Virus record (IMG/VR): IMGVR_UViG_3300042564_002819
Coordinates: 186,001 to 250,000 of that record
DNA length: 64,000 nucleotides
Direction: 5' to 3' (one strand)
The position numbers and the translations under genes are program-made. Numbering within the stretch: position 1 is the first letter of the stretch; each line of letters opens with the position of its first letter. The notes under the pieces were generated by a model. That model saw only the letters and a list, made by a program, of their open reading frames with translations, made no database searches and had not been told where the DNA came from. Shown here piece by piece: positions 20,254 to 28,462 of this stretch.

Positions 20254-21734
20254 AAGTATGGGGTATTAGTGCAAACAGTCACGACGCTGCTCTGGCTGTT
20301 TTTGATAAAAACACACAAGGTAAACTAACACTGGAATTTGCTAGTCACAGTGAACGTTTCAGCGGAATAAAAAATGACCCGCACCTAAATGCTGAGATGA
20401 TTTCTTATGCAGCCAAAAACTATGGCAAACCAGATCGAGTAGTTTGGTATGAACAGCCTTTTAAAAAAACCATGCGACAATTTCTTGCCGGGCAAGGTTG
20501 GAATTATCAAGAAAACAATATACGAAAGTATTTGAAAAAATACAGCATAGATGCTCCTATTTCCTATGTGAGTCATCATCATGCCCACGCCGCAGCCGGT
20601 TATTATACCAGCCAGTTTGCTGATGCAACTATTATTGTGATAGACAGCATCGGCGAGTTTGAAACAATGACCATATGGGAAGCCGAAGGCACAACTCTTA
20701 AAAAGAAGTTTTCTCAAGGTTATCCTAACAGCATCGGATTGTGGTATAGTTCAATGACCGATCGTGTTGGTTTAAAAGCCAACGAAGACGAATATATCCT
20801 AATGGGCATGGCCGCATACGGAAATCCGTTAAAACATTATTGGGATATAACCGGAGACTTTTTTAAGTCATTTGGCAATGAATACGATATCAAAATCGAA
20901 TTTGCAAAAAATTTACACCGAGGTTGTAGAGATTGGCGTCCACAACTGAGAAGTCAACAAGACTATTTCAACATTGCTGCTGCTACTCAAGAAGTATATG
21001 AAGCACTGTTATTAAACATCAGCAGTTGGGCATTAAAAAATTGTAAATCAAAAAACCTAGTTCTCATGGGCGGATGTGCTTTAAACTGCAAAGCAAATTC
21101 TCGAATTAAAAACCATTGGGACAATGTATGGATAATGCCAAATCCGGGTGACGCTGGCAGTGCAATAGGTGCAGTGCTTGCACACTATAAACAACCTGTT
21201 GAATGGCCTGGACCTTATTTAGGATTCAACATCAATCGCCCTTACCCGGTTGACTCACTGATAAGAGAACTTAAAAGATCTGGCATAGCAGGTGTAGCCA
21301 ACGGTCGTGCTGAATTCGGCCCACGAGCTCTTGGCAATCGCAGCTTGCTTGCTGATCCACGCGGCCCTACCATCAAACATCGTGTAAACGAAATCAAAAG
21401 ACGTCAGCAGTTTAGACCTTTTGCTCCGGTTATACTGGCGGAGTTTGCTGAAGAGTATTTTAGTGGACCGGTCAGTTCTTATATGCAGTATACTGCCGTC
21501 TGCAAATTTCCGGATCAGTTTCCAGCTATTGTGCATCGAGATGGCACCAGTAGAGTGCAAACAGTTTCAGCAGCTGACAATTCTGGATTGAGACAACTGC
21601 TGGAACAGTGGTATGCAGAAACCGGCTGTCCTATGCTGCTAAACACCAGTTTGAATATCAAAGGACGACCTATGGTTAATACCTGGGAAGATGGCCAAAA
21701 ATTTGCTAGATATTATAATGTTAATGTTTATTGA
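20250..21734 (+). CDS. carbamoyltransferase (NodU/CmcH/TobZ family)
   Basis: HDAA, ERF...K, HH.AHA, GGCALN, PGDAG, EFGPRALGNRS, RPFAP, H.DGTSRVQ, LNTSLN. Confidence 0.95.
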   Translation: MKVWGISANSHDAALAVFDKNTQGKLTLEFASHSERFSGIKNDPHLNAEMISYAAKNYGKPDRVVWYEQPFKKTMRQFLAGQGWNYQENNIRKYLKKYSIDAPISYVSHHHAHAAAGYYTSQFADATIIVIDSIGEFETMTIWEAEGTTLKKKFSQGYPNSIGLWYSSMTDRVGLKANEDEYILMGMAAYGNPLKHYWDITGDFFKSFGNEYDIKIEFAKNLHRGCRDWRPQLRSQQDYFNIAAATQEVYEALLLNISSWALKNCKSKNLVLMGGCALNCKANSRIKNHWDNVWIMPNPGDAGSAIGAVLAHYKQPVEWPGPYLGFNINRPYPVDSLIRELKRSGIAGVANGRAEFGPRALGNRSLLADPRGPTIKHRVNEIKRRQQFRPFAPVILAEFAEEYFSGPVSSYMQYTAVCKFPDQFPAIVHRDGTSRVQTVSAADNSGLRQLLEQWYAETGCPMLLNTSLNIKGRPMVNTWEDGQKFARYYNVNVY

Positions 21735-21764
21735 CGTTTAAGAGTTTTATAGTATAATTAGAAT

Positions 21765-23189
21765 ATGACAACAAGACAAAATACAGACTACGGTTACGAT
21801 ATACAAAAGCTTTATTTGGAAATGATGCTAACCGACGCCGAAACATTCATTAGGTGTCAGAGTGTGTTTGATTCAAACAATTTTGATAGACGTCTGCAAC
21901 CAGCAGCACGGTTCATCAACGACTATGTAACCGAACACAATGCTATGCCCACCTTTGACATGGTAAATGCAACCACCAAGTCAGGACTAAACAATCCTGG
22001 CGAATTGCAAGAAGAACACTACGACTGGTTGTTGATAGAATTCGAAACATTCAGTAGACACAAAGCACTGGAAGCAGCAATCTTAAAAAGTGCAGACCTG
22101 TTGGAAAAAGGCGAATACGGTCCAGTAGAAGATCTTGTAAAACGTGCAGTGCAGATTGGTTTGCAAAAAGATCTGGGCACAGACTATTTTCGTGATCCTC
22201 GCAAAAGACTAGAAGCGATCAAAGATAAAAACGGACAGGTAAGCACTGGTTGGGCCAGTCTTGATCAAAAACTATTTGGCGGCTTCAACAGAGGCGAACT
22301 CAATATTTTTGCTGGCGGTTCCGGTGCAGGCAAAAGTTTGTTCTTGGCAAATCTAGGAGTCAACTGGGCTCTGGCTGGAATGAACGTGCTGTATCTAACT
22401 TTCGAACTCTCAGAAAACCTAGTCAGTATGCGTATTGACAGTATGGTTACAGGTGTTCCCACACGTGACGTTTTTAAAAGCATTGATGACGTAGAAATGC
22501 GAGTCCGGATGATTGGCAAAAAATCCGGTGCTATGCAGGTCAAATACATGCCCACTGGTAAAACAGCCAATGACCTTAGATCTTATGTTAAAGAATATGA
22601 AATCAAAACTGGCAAAAAGATAGACGCAGTATTGGTAGACTATCTCGATCTTATGATGCCAGTTTCAGTTAAGGTATCACCAGAAAATCTGTTTATCAAA
22701 GACAAGTATGTAAGTGAAGAACTGCGTAACCTAGCAATGGAATTGAACACAGTGTTTGTTACTGCAAGTCAGCTCAACAGAGGTGCAGTTGAAGAAATTG
22801 AATTTGACCATAGCCACATTAGTGGCGGCTTAAGTAAGATTCAAACCGCAGACAACGTATTTGGTATCTTCACCAGCAGAGCCATGCGAGAACGTGGACG
22901 CTATCAGCTACAGCTAATGAAAACACGTAGCAGTAGTGGTGTTAACAGCAAAATTGATCTAGAGTTTGATGTGGACACACTGCGTATTTCAGATACCGAA
23001 CAGGAAGAAGATTCAGCTGGTGCAGCACCACAATCTGCAGGATCTGCAATAGTTTCTGCTCTCAAGAGAAACAACACAGTGAACACTGCCCCGGATCATC
23101 CGGATCGCGGCCAATCTATGCCAAAAGTCTCCGCTGAAGTTGACAGCACTAGATTGAGAAACTTCATCAACAATCTGGGCAGCGAATAA
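21765..23189 (+). CDS. DnaB-like replicative helicase (T4 gp41-like)
   Basis: GGSGAGKS Walker A, VDYLDLM, TASQLNR, KTR. Confidence 0.92.
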   Translation: MTTRQNTDYGYDIQKLYLEMMLTDAETFIRCQSVFDSNNFDRRLQPAARFINDYVTEHNAMPTFDMVNATTKSGLNNPGELQEEHYDWLLIEFETFSRHKALEAAILKSADLLEKGEYGPVEDLVKRAVQIGLQKDLGTDYFRDPRKRLEAIKDKNGQVSTGWASLDQKLFGGFNRGELNIFAGGSGAGKSLFLANLGVNWALAGMNVLYLTFELSENLVSMRIDSMVTGVPTRDVFKSIDDVEMRVRMIGKKSGAMQVKYMPTGKTANDLRSYVKEYEIKTGKKIDAVLVDYLDLMMPVSVKVSPENLFIKDKYVSEELRNLAMELNTVFVTASQLNRGAVEEIEFDHSHISGGLSKIQTADNVFGIFTSRAMRERGRYQLQLMKTRSSSGVNSKIDLEFDVDTLRISDTEQEEDSAGAAPQSAGSAIVSALKRNNTVNTAPDHPDRGQSMPKVSAEVDSTRLRNFINNLGSE

Positions 23190-23190
23190 A

Positions 23191-23694
23191 CTAGCTGAGA
23201 TACAAACGCATCTGCACTGAACGAATCACTGGTCTAGTGCTGGAAGGATATCTTGGGTGCGGTGCTAGATCCAACACAACACCGAACCCAGATTCGGTAT
23301 AGGGCACAGCCCCCGAGATGCCCCAAGTGTTGTTTGCTGCCCCATAACGTTGTACAGAATCATAGCTGTCGCTGGCTAGGTTCTTGCCCAGCAAACCGTT
23401 GAAATACAGTTGCACCACAGAGTCACAGATGCGATTCAATCTCAACACATGTGTTTCCACTTCAATGCCCAACACTGTACCAGATTCAGTGATGCCAAAA
23501 CCACTGAACTGCAAACTGTTGCCACCGTACACATTCACTGCTGACTCCGCAGCAGACGTGCCTACTCCATAAAGAGGTGCTACAGAAATCAATTTTGACG
23601 GGCGATCCAATACAGAATCTCCATCGGTGTAATCTATTTCGTTTTGAGTTAAAACTGCGACCTGTTGAGGTCTATACCATTGTGTCCATGCCAT
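23191..23694 (-). CDS. hypothetical late protein, possibly structural
   Basis: ATG 4 nt after GTAAATA motif on minus strand. Confidence 0.55.
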   Translation of the reverse strand: MAWTQWYRPQQVAVLTQNEIDYTDGDSVLDRPSKLISVAPLYGVGTSAAESAVNVYGGNSLQFSGFGITESGTVLGIEVETHVLRLNRICDSVVQLYFNGLLGKNLASDSYDSVQRYGAANNTWGISGAVPYTESGFGVVLDLAPHPRYPSSTRPVIRSVQMRLYLS

Positions 23695-23856
23695 ACGGTA
23701 TTTACCACAGGCCCTGGCCGCGAAGCGGTGCGTAGCAAATTTTTTAAGCAAATTTTTTACCCTATAATATACTCAGTTAACGGTAGAACAACAGAAAATC
23801 TACTGTGCCAGCGACCAGAGTACTATTGCAACGTAAAATCGAAAAAAATGTAAGAC

Positions 23857-23905
23857 CACGTCATACGGCCCCGTATGACACGTCGTTAGCCACCGTATGA
23901 CACGG
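23857..23905. repeat. CCGTATGAC repeat and palindrome; left arm of 19-bp inverted repeat with 41299-41317
   Basis: GTCATACGG-CC-CCGTATGAC palindrome plus a further CCGTATGACAC copy. Confidence 0.8.
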
Positions 23906-23931
23906 TCTTGATTTTTAGCTCATTTTATATA

Positions 23932-24171
23932 TTAGACTACACGTTGTATAACAATGTTCGACCCACTGTAGCGAAGCAGGTAGAGTGTTATAGCACTGTC
24001 TGAACCATGACTCACTGACAATGCTGCCCGACCGGATTCGGGCATTGGGCAAACAGTGAATCCTAGACTTTCAAATTGTGCAGCCACAGGCCGGAGTATC
24101 AGTGCATGTAGAGCACGAGTATAACTGGAAGCCGTAACAGCAGGATCTACTGAGATGTGCCACGTTGCCAT
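23932..24171 (-). CDS. hypothetical protein, paralog of 24173..24418
   Basis: Shared TW.I...F...GFTV.P...V.H...SAIT pattern. Confidence 0.55.
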   Translation of the reverse strand: MATWHISVDPAVTASSYTRALHALILRPVAAQFESLGFTVCPMPESGRAALSVSHGSDSAITLYLLRYSGSNIVIQRVV

Positions 24172-24172
24172 G

Positions 24173-24418
24173 CTAGTCTGCTGACTCTGCTGTTATTTGT
24201 ATACTGCTGTTATCCCAAGACAGCATAAACACTGTGATAGCACTGGCTCGACTGTGCTGTACTGTAAACTGTCTACGTCGATGAGGATTGTAGTAAGAGT
24301 CCACTGGAGGCAGCACGGTAAACCCATGTTTTAAAAATGTTTGTTTAGCATATTCAATGCTGATGTTTTGATCTGACCATATATTACGAATATGAATCTG
24401 AATGTTCCAAGTGTACAT
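24173..24418 (-). CDS. hypothetical protein, paralog of 23932..24171
   Basis: Tandem paralogy. Confidence 0.55.
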   Translation of the reverse strand: MYTWNIQIHIRNIWSDQNISIEYAKQTFLKHGFTVLPPVDSYYNPHRRRQFTVQHSRASAITVFMLSWDNSSIQITAESAD

Positions 24419-24474
24419 ACAAATAAACTAACACAAACGTAGAGCAAGGTCAACCTGCCCTACGGGCAGTACCG

Positions 24475-24760
24475 GTACCCCGGAGGGGTACTCGTATGAT
24501 AAAAAAATTTGCTGCAAAAAAAATTACAGGAGTACTTACAGTACCACGGTGGTCAGTTTTTGGCCCAAGGGGTTCCTGGGTTGTAAAAAAATTCTGCCGA
24601 GAAAATTTATATAGAAGTACTTACAGTTTCAGGGTGGTGATTCGGCAACCCCAGGTTTGGCGTAGCGTGGGGGAAAGATTTGGCTGCCGCTGCGTTAAAA
24701 ACTGTGTCAAGCATAAAACGCATACGACCCCCCCGAGAAAAAAATATTTTTTTTATTTTA
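24475..24760. repeat. noncoding block: GTACCCC/GGGGTAC hairpin, ~85-bp imperfect direct repeat with A-tracts, C7 run and A/T tract
   Basis: AGTACTTACAGT at 24531 and 24616, each preceded by AAAAAATT.TGC and followed by GGTGGT. Confidence 0.65.
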
Positions 24761-24829
24761 CTATACGACACTTGACAAAAGTATTTTTGTTAGTGCAAGC
24801 ACAGCACTTGCACTAACAGTTAGCTTATG

Positions 24830-25192
24830 TTACGCTGCGTGTTGTTGCTGTGCAACACTAGCGTTTTTGTATGCTTGCAACACTTGCAAAGCACTATGCA
24901 AGCAAAAATTAGTGTGTTGCTGTGCATACTTTTGTTTGCTTTGTGCAACAAGTATTGCAGCATTAATTGCGTGTTGCATGTTGTGCTGTGTTGCACATTT
25001 GCAAACATGTGCTGTGCAAGTGCAGCGTGTAGCATTGTTTGCTTGTGCAGCATAGTGCATGTTAAGCTGCATAAGTGCAACACTGTGCTGCACATAAGCT
25101 TTTGTTGCATTGTATTTGTAATAGTTAGCTTTTGCAGTGCTGTTATGCTGCGTTTGCTTTTTTGCGTAAGTGTTAAGCAAGTTGTTAAGCAT
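24830..25192 (-). CDS. early protein lacking Asp, Glu, Gly, Pro and Trp
   Basis: 120-aa ORF with promoter upstream and hairpin (24791-24815) downstream. Confidence 0.6.
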   Translation of the reverse strand: MLNNLLNTYAKKQTQHNSTAKANYYKYNATKAYVQHSVALMQLNMHYAAQANNATRCTCTAHVCKCATQHNMQHAINAAILVAQSKQKYAQQHTNFCLHSALQVLQAYKNASVAQQQHAA

Positions 25193-25229
25193 GTTGTGCT
25201 ACTTTGCTGTTTGTGTTGCTGTTACATAC

Positions 25230-25258
25230 TGTTTACAGTATTGCGTTAGCTAATGCAA
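25230..25258 (-). promoter_or_regulatory. sigma70-type promoter TTGCAT-N17-TAAACA
   Basis: 17-bp spacing; same architecture as other early promoters. Confidence 0.55.
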
Positions 25259-25336
25259 GTAAAATAACGCATAATAAAATTGCTTTATTAGTGCAAACAA
25301 CGCAATATTATTACGTGCTTTTTTTGCATTTTGTTG

Positions 25337-25365
25337 TTGCGTTTGCTGTGCTGTGCTGCTATACA
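25337..25365 (+). promoter_or_regulatory. sigma70-type promoter TTGCGT-N17-TATACA with extended -10 TG
   Basis: 17-bp spacing, upstream of 25403. Confidence 0.6.
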
Positions 25366-25402
25366 GTATGCATACAGCAACTAACAGCAAAGTGTAACAC
25401 AC

Positions 25403-25705
25403 ATGCAATACGCAAACTATGCTAGCGTTGTTAACGCTATTAACTGTTATGACGACACTGTGCTTCGTGAAGCACAGCAGCTTGCACTAGCTATAGCACA
25501 GCACAACGAAGACTACTGCACAGACAGCTTGTTTGACGCAGTTAACGAAAGCGTTGACGACTTGGGTATGCAAGCTTGTTGGCAGCACACGGAAATGCGT
25601 AGTGCAATTGAACAGTATAACGACGAGTGCTACAGCACAGCAATTTACGAGCTTGTAATTGCAATGCTAAAGCGTAGCTCAGCATACGAGCAAGCGTTTA
25701 CGTAA
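25403..25705 (+). CDS. acidic early protein, candidate Ocr-like DNA mimic
   Basis: ~16 D/E versus 4 K/R; TDSLFDAVNESVDD and AIYELV resemble T7 Ocr segments. Confidence 0.5.
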   Translation: MQYANYASVVNAINCYDDTVLREAQQLALAIAQHNEDYCTDSLFDAVNESVDDLGMQACWQHTEMRSAIEQYNDECYSTAIYELVIAMLKRSSAYEQAFT

Positions 25706-25730
25706 CGCAAGCTTTTAAAAAAAACAAGCA

Positions 25731-25754
25731 CAGTGCAAGTGTAAGCTTGCACTG
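25731..25754. terminator. AGTGCAAG/CTTGCACT hairpin between convergent genes
   Basis: CAGTGCAAG-N6-CTTGCACTG; family copies at 24791, 25829, 26099, 26515, 26786. Confidence 0.5.
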
Positions 25755-25864
25755 TGTCGTCGTTTGTGCAGTTTGTTATTTTGTTATTTTGTTATTTTGG
25801 GGCGGGCCGGGGGATAGAACTTGGGGTAGCTAGTGCAAGCATTACACTTGCACTGGCTGTTTTT

Positions 25865-26047
25865 TTACAGTTTGTTTATGCGGCGCAGGCAGTAGGCGAA
25901 TTGACGTGCAGGACGGGTGCGAGTGCTAATAGACATGCTGTTAGCATAGTATTCGTAAACTTCGTTATAAAGGGCTCCGGAGCTGTCAAGTTCTTTTGTT
26001 TGTTTGTATACTGCAAGTTCCTGCTTTGCTGCGTTGCTAAGTTCCAT
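25865..26047 (-). CDS. small early hypothetical protein
   Basis: AGGA SD; promoter TTGCAC-N17-TATACA at ~26080-26108. Confidence 0.55.
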   Translation of the reverse strand: MELSNAAKQELAVYKQTKELDSSGALYNEVYEYYANSMSISTRTRPARQFAYCLRRINKL

Positions 26048-26162
26048 TTTGCAGTTTCCTTTTTGCTGTTTGTTTGTATTGTATAGCAGCTTGTATTAGC
26101 TAGTGCAAGCATTATTTTACTTGCACTAGCAATTAACAGCGGGGCCTTAGTAGACCCGTTTG

Positions 26163-26462
26163 TTACAAAACACAGTATTCCGTTTGAGGAACAAGTTCGT
26201 TTTCCTCAATGTAACGCAACACGCTAACAAACTGCTCCCGCATGTCAGTGTCAAAATACACAATTGTCGTGTGCAGTTCAACAGCGTCGCTCGTTGCAAT
26301 AAACGAAGCAAGTGCGTCAGCAGCACGGGCAATGTCGTTTGCAAACATTGCAATGTGTTCCTGAGGAATTGCAGTTGCAAAATAGTTTTGCGTGTAAGCT
26401 GCAATAGCGTCACGCATTGCTTTTACAGTGTAAAACTTACGCAGCACAGTCATTTTACGCAT
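26163..26462 (-). CDS. early hypothetical protein
   Basis: GAGGG SD; promoter TTGCAC-N17-TATACA at ~26496-26524. Confidence 0.6.
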   Translation of the reverse strand: MRKMTVLRKFYTVKAMRDAIAAYTQNYFATAIPQEHIAMFANDIARAADALASFIATSDAVELHTTIVYFDTDMREQFVSVLRYIEENELVPQTEYCVL

Positions 26463-26553
26463 TGTGTATTCCCTCTATGCGTTGCTTATGTGTACTGTAT
26501 AGCAGACAGTGTCGGCTAGTGCAAGCACAAAATGCACTTGCACCGGCAGTTTT

Positions 26554-26733
26554 TTAGTCTTGCAATTGCAATTGCAATGTGTTAAGCTTTTGCAGTGCAG
26601 CGTCTTCTTCTGCTAGTGCAAGCTTATAAACTGCATAGCTGCCGCCTTGCATAGCTTCTGCTCGGCACTGTGCAGTAAGTGCTACAGCGTTTGCGTAACG
26701 CTTTTGTGCATTAGCAAGTTTTTTGTTTTGCAT
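26554..26733 (-). CDS. small early protein (59 aa, MQNKKLANAQKRY...)
   Basis: GGAG SD; promoter TTGCAC-N17-TATAAA; below ORF-track cutoff. Confidence 0.55.
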   Translation of the reverse strand: MQNKKLANAQKRYANAVALTAQCRAEAMQGGSYAVYKLALAEEDAALQKLNTLQLQLQD

Positions 26734-26828
26734 AGCGTGTGCTCCGTTTTGCTACGTTATGCGTTGTTTATAGCAGCTTGTGTCTGCTAGTGCAAGCATT
26801 ATTTTACTTGCACTAGCAGTTTTTTGTG

Positions 26829-27020
26829 TTACGCTTCGTCTGCGTCTTCCTCAATTTGCTCCAACATAGCCGTAATGTCGTAGCCAACCGTCTGCATTGC
26901 AATAACAATCTGTTTCGCTGCTTCGTATGCATCCCAGCTTTGCACTTCGTCAGCATCCGTGCTGTCGTATGCATTAGCAGCAATTTGTGCAATGTTAGCA
27001 AACAGTTCTTCGCGTGTCAT
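26829..27020 (-). CDS. small acidic early protein
   Basis: GAGGG SD; TTGACA-N17-TATACA promoter. Confidence 0.6.
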   Translation of the reverse strand: MTREELFANIAQIAANAYDSTDADEVQSWDAYEAAKQIVIAMQTVGYDITAMLEQIEEDADEA

Positions 27021-27110
27021 GTGCAGTCCCTCTTGTGTTGCCCTATGTGTTATGTATAGCACAGCACACAGCACTTGTCAAGTAAAAAGTGCTGTGTGCT
27101 GCAAGTTTTT

Positions 27111-27377
27111 TTAAATATTACACGCTATAAGTGCTTCGTCAAGCATGTCGTGTACTGCACTGTCGTACGCATAGTTATACTCCGTAGCAAAATCCACGTC
27201 GCTGCTGCACATAATTGTGTCATATTTGTTAATGTTATACTGTTTAAATGCAGCAATTATGTCGTTTGCACTATTACAAAAAACGTCAACAGTTTTATTA
27301 ATACGCAGTACAATTGCGTTTGTAGCGTCGTCAAGCATTACAAAAACGTAATTAGTATTTGCTACAGTGTTTTGCAT
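27111..27377 (-). CDS. early protein (no Gly, Pro or Trp)
   Basis: GAGGAG SD; TTGCAA-N16-TATAAC promoter. Confidence 0.6.
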   Translation of the reverse strand: MQNTVANTNYVFVMLDDATNAIVLRINKTVDVFCNSANDIIAAFKQYNINKYDTIMCSSDVDFATEYNYAYDSAVHDMLDEALIACNI

Positions 27378-27504
27378 ATTGTGCTCCTCGCATATGCTGT
27401 GTTGCTTACAAATACAGTTATACACTATGCAGCACAGTTTGCAAGTAACGTTTTGTTACAGTTTTAGTGCGTGTTGTAACAATACGTTATCTCCTACCTC
27501 TGCC

Positions 27505-27852
27505 TCACTCTACACCCCAGCCACAGTATTTCTTCCCACGCACAATATCAAAAAACTCTGCACCTGCAACCGCACCAATCCAGTCGTAAATGTAGTCTCG
27601 TGCTGCCGTGTCCATCTCCCACAGCCGGTCTTCAACCAATCGCCAATCACCTTCGGCTAGCAGCACACAAACATCAAGCCCAGCACTGGCATCTCCCAAC
27701 AGCATAGCTCGCATAGAACGATCCGCTGCCCAACGCTCCTGGTCCGTCCGCATCTTTTCCATTACCAGCAGTTCCACTTGAAGTGCAAGTTCCTGCCAGT
27801 TGATGTGGACAGTGCCGGTAAGAGTGGGTTCATTTACAGTTACGATAGACAT
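27505..27852 (-). CDS. early hypothetical protein
   Basis: GAGG SD; TTGACC-N17-TATACA promoter. Confidence 0.6.
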   Translation of the reverse strand: MSIVTVNEPTLTGTVHINWQELALQVELLVMEKMRTDQERWAADRSMRAMLLGDASAGLDVCVLLAEGDWRLVEDRLWEMDTAARDYIYDWIGAVAGAEFFDIVRGKKYCGWGVE

Positions 27853-27900
27853 CTGTTTGTCCTCTGTGTTGCTGTCTGTTGTATGCTGTATACAGTGTTT

Positions 27901-28074
27901 TCAGCTTGGGGTCAACCCCAAACGATCGTTTAGGATTGAATTGATTTTACGGAGGATCATGTCTTTGATGCATGGCGGCGCAGGATCGTCCTCCAGCAGC
28001 ATAATTGCATCCAGCAGTTGCATATCCGTGCAGGCCTCAAGACGAGCCAGTTCTTCAGCCATTTCTTTTTGCAT
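27901..28074 (-). CDS. small early protein (57 aa)
   Basis: AGGAG SD; TTGCAT-N17-TATAAC promoter. Confidence 0.5.
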   Translation of the reverse strand: MQKEMAEELARLEACTDMQLLDAIMLLEDDPAPPCIKDMILRKINSILNDRLGLTPS

Positions 28075-28132
28075 TGCAGTTTCTCCTGTGCTGTGCCGTT
28101 GTTATACAGACTGTAGGAGCCGAATGCAACCG

Positions 28133-28405
28133 TTATTTTCGCCGGCCTGGGAACTGAATTACTGTGGCAGATTCTGCCACATCTGCTGGCATCAGATCAC
28201 TATACAGCGGGGCCGAATCCAGTGTATAGTCTTCAACAGCCATCAGTTGTGCTGTAACATCAAATACCGTTTCCAGGTTCTCTGGGTAGCTGTCGGTACC
28301 GTATGAGTCGATGGCTGTGTTGACCGCAGCACGTAGAGCTCGCAGCACAATCTCAGGTGCAGTGTAGCTCTCAAGAATTCTTCGCAGTTGTTCAGTAGGG
28401 TCCAC
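28133..28405 (-). CDS. acidic hypothetical protein
   Basis: AAGGA SD, GTG start. Confidence 0.55.
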   Translation of the reverse strand: MDPTEQLRRILESYTAPEIVLRALRAAVNTAIDSYGTDSYPENLETVFDVTAQLMAVEDYTLDSAPLYSDLMPADVAESATVIQFPGRRK

Positions 28406-28462
28406 AATCTGTTTCCTTGGGTTGGAGGTGTTCGCCTACTGTGGGCGAACACCCATTGTTGA

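Larger units (their letters stand above)
24775..25451. other. GA/GG/TC/CC-free segment
   Basis: Read base by base: none of the four dinucleotides in 677 bp. Confidence 0.9.

Noticed and set aside
24496-24816. 106-aa plus-strand ORF over the repeat block
   Set aside because: Runs through A-tract repeats and homopolymers, has no SD and an unnatural composition.
24820-25425. Cys/Val/Leu-rich overlapping ORFs (24820-, 24827+, 24867+, 25204+)
   Set aside because: By-products of the TG/GC-rich composition, which also excludes TGA stops; no promoter support. Only 24830-25192(-) and 25403(+) have matching promoters.
24775-25451. Low-complexity or microsatellite artefact as explanation for the dinucleotide-free zone
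   Set aside because: The sequence is non-repetitive, contains correctly spaced promoters and ORFs, and grades into neighbouring genes; read-level confirmation is still needed.
24791-26817. CRISPR-like or attC-like array from the AGTGCAAG hairpins
   Set aside because: Spacing is irregular (100-900 bp) with whole genes between; no GTTRRRY cores and no integrase seen.
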